The notes below the pieces were generated by a model that saw nothing but the letters and a program-made list of their open reading frames with translations, did not search any database and was not told where the DNA came from. A stretch of DNA of 64,000 nt, taken from an uncultured Solirubrobacteraceae bacterium (GTDB lineage: Bacteria > Actinomycetota > Thermoleophilia > Solirubrobacterales > Solirubrobacteraceae). The position numbers were made by a program, and so were the translations under genes. Shown in pieces: positions 1 through 9,109 of the stretch; positions within the stretch are counted from its first letter, which is position 1; the number at the start of each line of letters is the position of its first letter. The DNA lies in contig CAZPQW010000011.1 in the NCBI GenBank assembly GCA_964588985.1, positions 32,001-96,000 of the forward strand, read 5' to 3'.

Positions 1-1513
<1,513 letters not shown>

Positions 1514-1662
1514 TGTGTGATCCCTTCCTGCTTGGACGGTGCCTCAAGGAGCTTTTGTGGTCCGGATAACGCCTGTGGAGCAGTCTACCAATCGGTCCCC
1601 CTGCTCTAACGGGGTCATCGGCAGCGGGGGGTCCCGGCTTGATCGACGCCCGATCAGAACCC

Positions 1663-3165
1663 TCAGTCGCGCATCGCGGGGAACAGCACGACCTCGCGGA
1701 TCGAGTCGCGCCCGGTCAGCAGCATCACCAGCCGGTCGACACCGAGGCCGACGCCTCCCGCCGGCGGCATCCCCTGCTCGAGCGCCTGCACGAACAGCTC
1801 GTCGTAGGGCTGGACCTCCTCCTCGCCGAGCGTCGCGAGCCGCTGCTGGGCCTCGAAGCGCTCGCGCTGGATGTCCGGATCGGTTAGCTCGCTGAACGCG
1901 TTGGCGATCTCCATGCCGCCCGCGAATGCCTCCCAGCGCTCCACCAGGCCGGGCCTGGAGCGGTGCTGGCGCGCGAACGGCGAGAGCTCCACGGGGTAAT
2001 CCATGACGAACGTCGGCTGCACGAGCGTCGGCTCCACGAACTTCGACAGCAGGTCGTCGGCCATCTGCTCCCAGCTGGCGTCCTCGGTGCGTATCTCGAG
2101 ACCCCGCTGGAGGATCTCCGCACGAAGCGCCTCCGTGTCTCCAGCAACCGAGATGTCGATGCCGGTGGCCTCGGCGATCGACTCCACGAAGCCCACTCGC
2201 CGCCACGGCTCGGAGAAGTCGATCTCACCCGCGTAGTCGATCGCGTGTGCCGCTCCGCGCACGATCGCTTCCAGGCGCGCGGCCGCGTCGTTGTAGTCGG
2301 CGTAGGCCTCGTAGAACTCGACCATCGTGAACTCGGGGTTGTGCTTGGAGGAGACGCCCTCGTTGCGGAAGTCCTTGCCCAGCTCGTACACCCGCTCGAG
2401 TCCGCCGACGATCAGGCGCTTGAGGTAAAGCTCGGTGGCGATCCGCAGGTACAGCGTGCGCTCGAGCGCGTTGTGGTGGGTCGTGAACGGCCGCGCGAGC
2501 GCGCCGCCGTAGAGCGGCTGCAGCACCGGCGTTTCGACCTCCAGGAAACCAGCGCCGTCAAGGTAGGCACGCACCGCGGAAACGATCCGCGCGCGGTCGG
2601 CGAACAGCCGGCGGGCCTCCTCGCTGGAGATCAGGTCGAGCTCGCGCCGGCGGTAGCGCAGCTGCACGTCGCTCAGGCCCGCGTGCTTGTCCGGCGGCGG
2701 ACGCAGCGCCTTCGCGAGGATCTGAAAGCCCTGCACCCGCAGCGAGATCTCGCCGCGACGGCTGCGCAGCGCGGCGCCGTCCACGCCGAGGATGTCGCCC
2801 ACGTCGAGCGAGGTCAGCCGCTCGAACGCCTCCTCGCCGAGCACGTCGATCCGCGCGTGCAGCTGGATCTTGCCGGTGCGGTCGACCACGTCCAGGAACG
2901 CCATCTTGCCCGCCTCCCGGCGCGCCGCGATCCTGCCCGCCACGCGATGGGCGTCATCGGTTTCCTCCCCGCTCTCCAGGTGCGCGTACGCCGCGAGGAC
3001 GTCCGCGATCGGCTCCGCGTCGGGGAATGAGTAGGGGAACGCGTCGGGGTCCGCCTCGCGCAGACGCTCGGCCTTGGCGCGACGCTCCGCGATCAGCTCG
3101 TTGAGGCCGTGCCTGCTCGACTCGCCCTCCGGCTGCTCCTCGGGCGGTTGCTCGGTTCCGCTCAC
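1663..3165 (-). CDS. lysS: Lysine--tRNA ligase (class II)
   Basis: OB-fold N-terminus, YLRIATELYLKRL, FRNEG..KHNPEFT, EIANAFSEL, GLGVDRLVMLLT..SIREVVLFP. Confidence 0.97.
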   Translation of the reverse strand: MSGTEQPPEEQPEGESSRHGLNELIAERRAKAERLREADPDAFPYSFPDAEPIADVLAAYAHLESGEETDDAHRVAGRIAARREAGKMAFLDVVDRTGKIQLHARIDVLGEEAFERLTSLDVGDILGVDGAALRSRRGEISLRVQGFQILAKALRPPPDKHAGLSDVQLRYRRRELDLISSEEARRLFADRARIVSAVRAYLDGAGFLEVETPVLQPLYGGALARPFTTHHNALERTLYLRIATELYLKRLIVGGLERVYELGKDFRNEGVSSKHNPEFTMVEFYEAYADYNDAAARLEAIVRGAAHAIDYAGEIDFSEPWRRVGFVESIAEATGIDISVAGDTEALRAEILQRGLEIRTEDASWEQMADDLLSKFVEPTLVQPTFVMDYPVELSPFARQHRSRPGLVERWEAFAGGMEIANAFSELTDPDIQRERFEAQQRLATLGEEEVQPYDELFVQALEQGMPPAGGVGLGVDRLVMLLTGRDSIREVVLFPAMRD

Positions 3166-3175
3166 CGCGGCGAGC

Positions 3176-3661
3176 CTACTCGAGGCCGACGTCGATCTTG
3201 GTGATCTTGAGCTTGCGCGCCGGGCCTTTGGGGACCTGCACGGCGACGGTGTCGTTGCGCTTGTGGCCGATCAGCGCGCGACCCACCGGAGACTCGTTGG
3301 AGAGCTTGTATTCGTCGGGCTTGGCCTCCGCCGAGCCGACGATCGTGTATTTGACCGACTTGCCGGTCTTTTCGTCCTTGACGTGCACCACCGAACCGAC
3401 CTGCACGACATCGGTGGAGAGGTCTTTGGCCTGGATGACCGTGGCCATGCGGAGCTTCTCCTGCAGCTGGGCGATGCGGCTCTCGACCATCGCCTGCTCG
3501 TTCTTGGCGTCGTCGTACTCGGAGTTCTCGGAGATGTCCCCGAACTCTCGGGCCTCCTTGATGCGCTGGGCTACCTCTTTGCGCTTCTCGGTTGAGAGCA
3601 GCTCAAGCTCGTCCTGCAGCTTCTGAAGACCTTCGGGGGTGAGGATGACGTCCTTCGGCAT
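3176..3661 (-). CDS. greA: Transcription elongation factor GreA
   Basis: LTPEG..KL..EL, AREFGDISENSEY, SNESPVGRALIG; start taken at ATG 3661 (MPKDVIL). Confidence 0.95.
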   Translation of the reverse strand: MPKDVILTPEGLQKLQDELELLSTEKRKEVAQRIKEAREFGDISENSEYDDAKNEQAMVESRIAQLQEKLRMATVIQAKDLSTDVVQVGSVVHVKDEKTGKSVKYTIVGSAEAKPDEYKLSNESPVGRALIGHKRNDTVAVQVPKGPARKLKITKIDVGLE

Positions 3662-3713
3662 GTTGGCGGGCGGGACTCGATTCCACGGGTTGATGGCGCG
3701 TCCGACGGCACAC

Positions 3714-3734
3714 AAAACCCCGCTCGCGGCGGGG
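3714..3734 (-). terminator. Intrinsic terminator-like hairpin in the greA leader
   Basis: Minus strand CCCCGC-CGCGA-GCGGGG followed by TTTT, downstream of a TATACT -10 hexamer (3768-3773) and upstream of the greA start. Confidence 0.6.
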
Positions 3735-3814
3735 ATGTCAGCGGCCGGAGGCTTCAGCGAGCGCAGCAGTATAGCGGGGGGCTGGGTCCGCCGGGCAGGA
3801 ACGCAGAACGTGCC

Positions 3815-4852
3815 TCAGACCGCCACTGCCGGAGCCATCGGCTGGAGCTGGAGCGCGCTCCTGACCTGCTCCAGCGTGTCCGCACTCTGCAGCGATTCCT
3901 GCAGCGACTTGGCATCACGCGAGGGCAGCTGCAGACCCACTACATACCAGGGGTAGAACTTGCGCAAGTAGCGCGTCGCGCGCAGCTCGCCGAGATGCTC
4001 GACGGCGCACTCGATCGTCCAGTCGAGCTCCTCCAGGACCTCGGCACGCGTGGGACCGTGCTCGCGTGTTCCGAGGAGCTGCGCGAAGAGCCACGGGTTG
4101 CCGAGCGCTCCACGCGCGAGCATCACCGCCGCCGCGCCGGTCAGCTCGAAGGCCTCGCGCGCATGCTCGGCGTCACTGAGCCCGCCGGTGAGGATCACGG
4201 GCGCGTCGAGCGAGTCAACCAGCTGGCGCGCCAGCTCGTAGTCGGGTACGCCCTTGTGATGGACGGCCGCGGAGCGGGGGTGGAACGCGATCGCCGCGAC
4301 CCCCGCCTCCTCGACCAGCCGGTGCGCGACCTCGAAGCCACTCGTGTCTCCCGCTCGCAGCCCCGAGCGCAGCTTGACCGTCACGGGAATTCCGCCCACG
4401 CCGCCCGCGCCCTCGACCGTCGCGCTCGCGACCGCCACCGCACGATCCGGGTCGGCGAGCAGCGCGGCGCCGGCGCCGGTCTTGCGGACCTTCGGGACCG
4501 GGCAGCCCATGTTGATGTCGATCGCGTCCGCGCCCAGCCCCGCCACGTGCGCCGCCGCCTCGCGCATCGTCGCGGGGTCTTCGCCGAACAGCTGGATCGA
4601 CACCGGCCCGCCCTCGCGCTCGCGCGGGTCGATGCGCAGCATCTCGTTGCAGGTCCGCTCGTTGCCGTAGTGGATCGCGTGAGAGGAGACCATCTCCGAG
4701 AACGCCATGCCCGCGCCGTAGCGCTTCGCCTGCAGGCGCACGAACCAGTTGCCGATACCCGCCAGCGGGGCGAGCATCACTCGGTTGGGGACGCGCAGCG
4801 GGCCGAGCGTCCATGAGTCGGTGAGCGACCTCGAGTCGGGCATCTCCCCCAT
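3815..4852 (-). CDS. dusB: tRNA-dihydrouridine synthase (DusB family)
   Basis: LAPLAG, SEMV, IQLFG, IDINMGCPVPKV..GAGAALL, PVTVKLR, VMLARGALGNPWLF. Confidence 0.92.
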   Translation of the reverse strand: MGEMPDSRSLTDSWTLGPLRVPNRVMLAPLAGIGNWFVRLQAKRYGAGMAFSEMVSSHAIHYGNERTCNEMLRIDPREREGGPVSIQLFGEDPATMREAAAHVAGLGADAIDINMGCPVPKVRKTGAGAALLADPDRAVAVASATVEGAGGVGGIPVTVKLRSGLRAGDTSGFEVAHRLVEEAGVAAIAFHPRSAAVHHKGVPDYELARQLVDSLDAPVILTGGLSDAEHAREAFELTGAAAVMLARGALGNPWLFAQLLGTREHGPTRAEVLEELDWTIECAVEHLGELRATRYLRKFYPWYVVGLQLPSRDAKSLQESLQSADTLEQVRSALQLQPMAPAVAV

Positions 4853-4874
4853 TGTTACGAGCCGCGACGACCGC

Positions 4875-5639
4875 TCAGGAGTTGCGCTCGTGCAACAACC
4901 GTAGCCCGGTGAGCGTGAGCAGGTCGTCGACCTCCTCGATCTCCTCGGCGTACGGCACCACCAGTCGGGCGAGGCCGCCGGTGGCGATCACGTCGGTGCG
5001 TTCGCCGAGCTCGTCGTACAGCCGCCTGAGGATCGCGTCTATGGCGCCCGCGTAGCCGAACACGACCCCGGAGCGGATCGCGTCGATGGTGTTCTTGCCG
5101 ATCACGCTCTTCGGCGGAGCGAGGTCGATCTTGGGCAGGCGCGCGCCGCGCTCGGAGAGCGCTTCGAGGGAGATCTCGATGCCGGTCATCAGCGCGCCGC
5201 CCAGATACTCGCTGTCGCGTGAGACCACGTCGAAGGTGGTGGCGGTGCCGAAGTCCACGCACACCGCCGCGCCGCCGAAGCGCTCGCGGATGGCAACCGC
5301 GTTGACGAGCCTGTCGGCGCCGATCTCGCGAGGGTTGTCGTAGCGGATTGCCATCCCGGTCTTCGTCCCGGGGCCGACGGCGAGCATCTCGTGCCCTAGG
5401 TAGCGACCCGCCATCTCCGTCCACTCGGGCTCCAACTGAGGAACGGTCGAAGACACGATCGACGCTTTCAGGTCGGCGAATCCGTAGCCGCGCAGCTCGA
5501 GCAGATTTCGCAGCGCCGCGCCCAGCTCGTCAGCGGTGGACTGGCGCACGGTGGCGAAACGCCAGTGCTCGAGCAGCTCATCGCCCTCATAGGCGCCAAA
5601 GTGGGTCTGCGTGTTTCCGACGTCGACGGCGAGCAGCAT
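4875..5639 (-). CDS. coaX: Type III pantothenate kinase
   Basis: LAVDVGNT, YDNPREIGADR, VDFGTATTFD, VIATGG, LTLTGL. Confidence 0.96.
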   Translation of the reverse strand: MLLAVDVGNTQTHFGAYEGDELLEHWRFATVRQSTADELGAALRNLLELRGYGFADLKASIVSSTVPQLEPEWTEMAGRYLGHEMLAVGPGTKTGMAIRYDNPREIGADRLVNAVAIRERFGGAAVCVDFGTATTFDVVSRDSEYLGGALMTGIEISLEALSERGARLPKIDLAPPKSVIGKNTIDAIRSGVVFGYAGAIDAILRRLYDELGERTDVIATGGLARLVVPYAEEIEEVDDLLTLTGLRLLHERNS

Positions 5640-5662
5640 CGGCGACCATTATGCTCGGCACG
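5640..5662. promoter_or_regulatory. Bidirectional leaderless promoter between coaX and the GST-like gene
   Basis: Overlapping -10 hexamers: CATAAT (minus, 5648-5653, 8 nt before ATG 5639) and TATGCT (plus, 5650-5655, 7 nt before ATG 5663). Confidence 0.55.
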
Positions 5663-6415
5663 ATGGCTGCAGGCACACTCAAGCTCTACTCGCTCCCCGG
5701 CTCGCACCCGTGCGCGGCGGTCGAGGTCGCGCTGAAGCTGAAGTCGATCCCCTACAAGCGGGTCGATCTGCTCCCCCTATCGCAGGTTCTAGCCGGCCCT
5801 CTGCTGTACGGCGGCACGACCGTTCCCGGCATCCGCGGCGGCGGAGAGCGGCTGGTCGGCTCGCGCGCGATCATGCGCCGACTCGACGAGCTAGCCGCCG
5901 AGCCGGCGCTGCTGCCCCCACCCGGCGACCCCGCCTACGCGCGCGTGCTGGAGATCGAGCGCTGGGGCGACGAGGTCCTGCAGAGCGTGCCGCGGCGACT
6001 GATCGACGCTGCGTTCATCCGCCGCCCCGACACGATGGAGAGCTATGTGGGAGACGCGAAGCTTCCGCTTCCGCGCCCGCTGCTGCGACCCGCGATGCCG
6101 CTCACCGCACGGCTGATGGCGGTCAAGAACAAGGCCCGCGACGAGAACGCTCGCGCGGACATGGCGGCGCTCCCCGGCCAGTTCGACAGGATCGACGCGT
6201 GGATCTCAGACGGGCTGCTCGGCGGCGAGCGCCCGAACGCCGCGGACCTGCAGATCGGCAGCGCGATTCGGCTGATGATGAGCATCGGCGACGTCCGACC
6301 GCTGATCGAGGGACGCCCGTGCGAGGCGCTCGCACGCTACTTCCCCCCGCTGGCGGGCGCAATCCCCGCGGGCGTGCTGCCAGCCGCGTGGCTGCCCACC
6401 CCCACGGCTCCTTAG
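5663..6415 (+). CDS. Glutathione S-transferase-like protein (GST N-terminal thioredoxin fold)
   Basis: KLYSLPGSHPC..V..AL.LK.I.Y..V, TVP, GSRAIMR.LD and C-terminal PNAADLQI; start at 5663 inside ORF 5348-6415. Confidence 0.8.
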   Translation: MAAGTLKLYSLPGSHPCAAVEVALKLKSIPYKRVDLLPLSQVLAGPLLYGGTTVPGIRGGGERLVGSRAIMRRLDELAAEPALLPPPGDPAYARVLEIERWGDEVLQSVPRRLIDAAFIRRPDTMESYVGDAKLPLPRPLLRPAMPLTARLMAVKNKARDENARADMAALPGQFDRIDAWISDGLLGGERPNAADLQIGSAIRLMMSIGDVRPLIEGRPCEALARYFPPLAGAIPAGVLPAAWLPTPTAP

Positions 6416-6436
6416 AACTTCGGCGCTACAGTCGCG

Positions 6437-7018
6437 GTGCGACTCATGCGCACCCTCGATCCGCAGGACCTCAGCCAACACGTGGACCGGCTCTACCGCG
6501 CCGCGTGGGCGCTGTGCGGCTCGCGCGAGGACGCTGAGGACCTCGTTCAGGAGACGTTCGCACGCGTTCTGTCGCGTCCGCGGGTGCTCACCGGAGACGA
6601 CGATCTCTACTACCTGATGCGCGTGCTGCGCAACACGTTCCTCACGGGACTTCGCACCGCGTCGCGGCGTCCGGTGACGGTCGCCACGCTGGAAGACGTG
6701 GTGGCGGCGGACCCCCGGCCGATGGGGCGCCCCGCCGAGGCGCTCGAGGTCCAGGAGCTGTATGCGACGATCGCGACGCTCCCGGAAGACTTCCGCCTCG
6801 CCCTCGTCGCGGTGGACGTGCTCGGCCTCTCCTACCGCGAGGCTGCCCGCGCCCTGCGCGTGCGCGAGGCGACGCTCACCACGCGGCTGTTCCGAGCTCG
6901 CAAGCAGGTCGTCAAGCGCCTCACACCCGACCCATCACCCTCGCCTGCATCCTCATCGGTCAGCAGACGGGAAGAGAGGAACGCCGGCGGAGTCTTGTCC
7001 GGTGAAGGAGCGCAATGA
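6437..7018 (+). CDS. ECF (sigma-70 group 4) RNA polymerase sigma factor
   Basis: LYRAA..LCG..EDAEDLVQETF (region 2); LPEDFR.ALVAVDV.GLSYREAA..L (region 4); start may be 6446. Confidence 0.92.
   Translation: MRLMRTLDPQDLSQHVDRLYRAAWALCGSREDAEDLVQETFARVLSRPRVLTGDDDLYYLMRVLRNTFLTGLRTASRRPVTVATLEDVVAADPRPMGRPAEALEVQELYATIATLPEDFRLALVAVDVLGLSYREAARALRVREATLTTRLFRARKQVVKRLTPDPSPSPASSSVSRREERNAGGVLSGEGAQ
6966..6996 (+). promoter_or_regulatory. Putative ECF-dependent promoter (copy 1) upstream of the anti-sigma gene
   Basis: GACGGGAAG-N7-CGCCGGCGG-A-GTCTT; same motif with identical spacing at 7709-7739. Confidence 0.55.
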
Positions 7019-7704
7019 GCGAGCGACGCCAAAATCCCGAAGCCGACCTGATCGAGCGCCTGCGCACGATCGATGTCCGTGCGCCCGAGGAGCTTCATCG
7101 CCGTGTGCAGACACTCGTCGCCGAGCACACGTCGGGATCGCGCGTGCGAGGCGGAGTCGGCGGACGCACCCGTCGGCCTCTGCTGCTCGGCGGCGCCGGT
7201 ACCGCCGTAGCGGCTGCCACCGTGGTCCTCGTTCTCGCGCTCACAGGCGGAGACTCGTCGAAGCTGAACGTGCACGAGGTGTCCGCGCGAACGCTGCTGG
7301 CCGCAACGACCGCCGCCCCTCGCGAGAGCCTCCGCGAACGCGGCGCGCTGACGGAGAACGTCGACGGCGTGGCCTTCCCCTACTGGAAAGAGCGCTTCGG
7401 CTGGCGCGCAAGCGGCGCGCGCAGCGACACGCTCGACGGCCGAACCGTGAGGACTGTGTTCTACACCGACGCGAGCGGGAAGCGCATCGGCTACGCGATC
7501 GTGTCCGGCACGCCGGCGCCCGCCGCGAAGGGCGGCGCGGTCGTGTGGCGTCACGGCGCGCCCTACCGGCTGTTGAGCGAACACGGCGTGACGAGCGTCG
7601 TATGGCTGCGCTCGGGGCGCCTGTGCGTGGTCGCAGGGCGTGGCGTGTCGAGCTCCACGCTCCTGGCGCTCGCCAGCTGGCGTGAGCGCGGCAGCGCTGC
7701 CTGA
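7015..7704 (+). CDS. Putative membrane-anchored anti-sigma factor
   Basis: ATGA overlap with the ECF gene; N-terminal APEELHRRV helix, single TM (LLLGGAGTAVAAATVVLVLAL), extracytoplasmic domain. Confidence 0.72.
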   Translation: MSERRQNPEADLIERLRTIDVRAPEELHRRVQTLVAEHTSGSRVRGGVGGRTRRPLLLGGAGTAVAAATVVLVLALTGGDSSKLNVHEVSARTLLAATTAAPRESLRERGALTENVDGVAFPYWKERFGWRASGARSDTLDGRTVRTVFYTDASGKRIGYAIVSGTPAPAAKGGAVVWRHGAPYRLLSEHGVTSVVWLRSGRLCVVAGRGVSSSTLLALASWRERGSAA

Positions 7705-7708
7705 AGAC

Positions 7709-7739
7709 GACGGGAAGGTTCCGCCGCCGGCGGTGTCTT
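7709..7739 (+). promoter_or_regulatory. Putative ECF-dependent promoter (copy 2) upstream of the cupredoxin gene
   Basis: GACGGGAAG-N7-CGCCGGCGG-T-GTCTT; 23 of 31 nt identical to 6966-6996. Confidence 0.6.
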
Positions 7740-7795
7740 CACGGGCAGGCGGTCCCAGCACGCGGCCGAGAACCACCGACACCGAAGGAGCCCGG

Positions 7796-8137
7796 ATGAC
7801 CAGGAAGAGATTCATGTTGCCGGCAGCACTCGCGTTGGCGAGCGCGGCGCTGATTCCCGCGGCAGCTCTAGGTGGCGCGCGCGCAGCCGTCAGGCACACG
7901 GTGACGCTGAAGAACTTCCGCTTTCACCCTGGCAGCCTCACGATCAACCGCGGCGACACCGTGACGTGGGGGTGGCACGACGGAGAAACGGAACACAACG
8001 TGACCTTTCACGGCTTTCACTCGCACACGCAATCGAGCGGCACCTACACGGTGCGCTTCACCCGCGCGGGCACCTTCAACTACCACTGCACGATCCACGT
8101 CTCGGAAGGCATGAAGGGCAAGATCGTCGTTCGCTAG
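7796..8137 (+). CDS. Secreted plastocyanin/azurin-family cupredoxin
   Basis: GAAGGAG RBS, signal peptide, F.P..LTI..GDTVTW, HNV and YHCTIH....MKG type 1 copper ligands. Confidence 0.88.
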   Translation: MTRKRFMLPAALALASAALIPAAALGGARAAVRHTVTLKNFRFHPGSLTINRGDTVTWGWHDGETEHNVTFHGFHSHTQSSGTYTVRFTRAGTFNYHCTIHVSEGMKGKIVVR

Positions 8138-8175
8138 GACTGGTGGGGACGCCGGGCGCAGTGCGCGCTGGGTCG

Positions 8176-8700
8176 TCAGCCGCCGGGCACGTCGAGCGGC
8201 GGACCGGCCCAGCGCACGCCCTCCTGGAGGGGGAGCGCGGCGAGCGCGTCGGCGAGCGAGCGCCCGTCGGGGGCGCGCAGCGCGAAGTCCAGCTCGAGTG
8301 CGGGGATCAGCACGAAGCGTCGGCTGAGCAGCTGCGTGTGCGGCAGTGTCATGCGCTCGTGGGAGATCTCGACGTCGCCGAGCAGCAGGATGTCGATGTC
8401 GATCGTGCGCGGCCCGTGACGGACGCCGCCCTCGCCGCGGCCGAGCTCCAGCTCCAGGCGCTTGACCGCGTCGAGCAGCTCCAGGGGCGGGAGCGCGGTG
8501 CGCACACGCAGGCACGCGTTGAGGAAGCTCGGCTGGTCGAGCACCTCCCCCACCGGGTCGGTGTCGTACACCGACGACGAAGCGAGCACCTCGACTCCCA
8601 CCGCCGCCAGCGCATCGACCGCGCCCTGCAGGTGCGCGCGACGGTCGCCCACGTTCGAGCCGAGTCCGAGCAGCCCGATGCGATCCTCTGGAGCGCTCAT
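8176..8700 (-). CDS. folK: 2-amino-4-hydroxy-6-hydroxymethyldihydropteridine pyrophosphokinase
   Basis: LGLGSNVGDR, SSVYDTDP, FLNAC, GPRTIDIDILL, LPH..L..RRFVL.P. Confidence 0.96.
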   Translation of the reverse strand: MSAPEDRIGLLGLGSNVGDRRAHLQGAVDALAAVGVEVLASSSVYDTDPVGEVLDQPSFLNACLRVRTALPPLELLDAVKRLELELGRGEGGVRHGPRTIDIDILLLGDVEISHERMTLPHTQLLSRRFVLIPALELDFALRAPDGRSLADALAALPLQEGVRWAGPPLDVPGG

Positions 8701-8713
8701 TCGCCCTCGCGAC

Positions 8714-9109
8714 TCAGGCGCGGGTGGTCTGAAGGCCGGCCTGAGCGACCTTCTCGCCCATCGCCTGCGCGAACGGCAACAGGCCCGAGATCGGACGCAG
8801 CATCACGGTGAAGTCCGCGATCAGGCCGCCCTCGTCGAATCGCAGCAGATCGATGCCCTCCAGCTCGCGGCCGTCGATCGCGGCGCGGAACACCAGTATG
8901 TGCGCCCCGTCGGTCTCGAGCTCGTCGGTGTAGCGAAAGTCCTCGAACGTCTGCGCGACGAGCCCGAGCAGCTTGGTAACGGTCTCCCGTCCGACGAACG
9001 GATGGAAGGTCGCGGGGCTGTGGAAGACGACGTCGGGGGCGAGCAGCTCGCTGGCGGCGTCAATGTCCATGCTCTCCACGGCGGCGCGGAAACGCGCTGC
9101 GGCGCTCAT
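8714..9109 (-). CDS. SnoaL-like / NTF2-fold protein
   Basis: MSAAARFRAAVE..D.....LLAPDVVFHSP, LEGIDLLRFDE.GLI..FTVMLRP; start 9109 overlaps the MMPL stop. Confidence 0.85.
   Translation of the reverse strand: MSAAARFRAAVESMDIDAASELLAPDVVFHSPATFHPFVGRETVTKLLGLVAQTFEDFRYTDELETDGAHILVFRAAIDGRELEGIDLLRFDEGGLIADFTVMLRPISGLLPFAQAMGEKVAQAGLQTTRA

Noticed and set aside
1531-1548. CTTGGACGGTGCCTCAAG upstream of clpC as an HspR (HAIR) site
   Set aside because: Arms and spacing do not match CTTGAGT-N7-ACTCAAG
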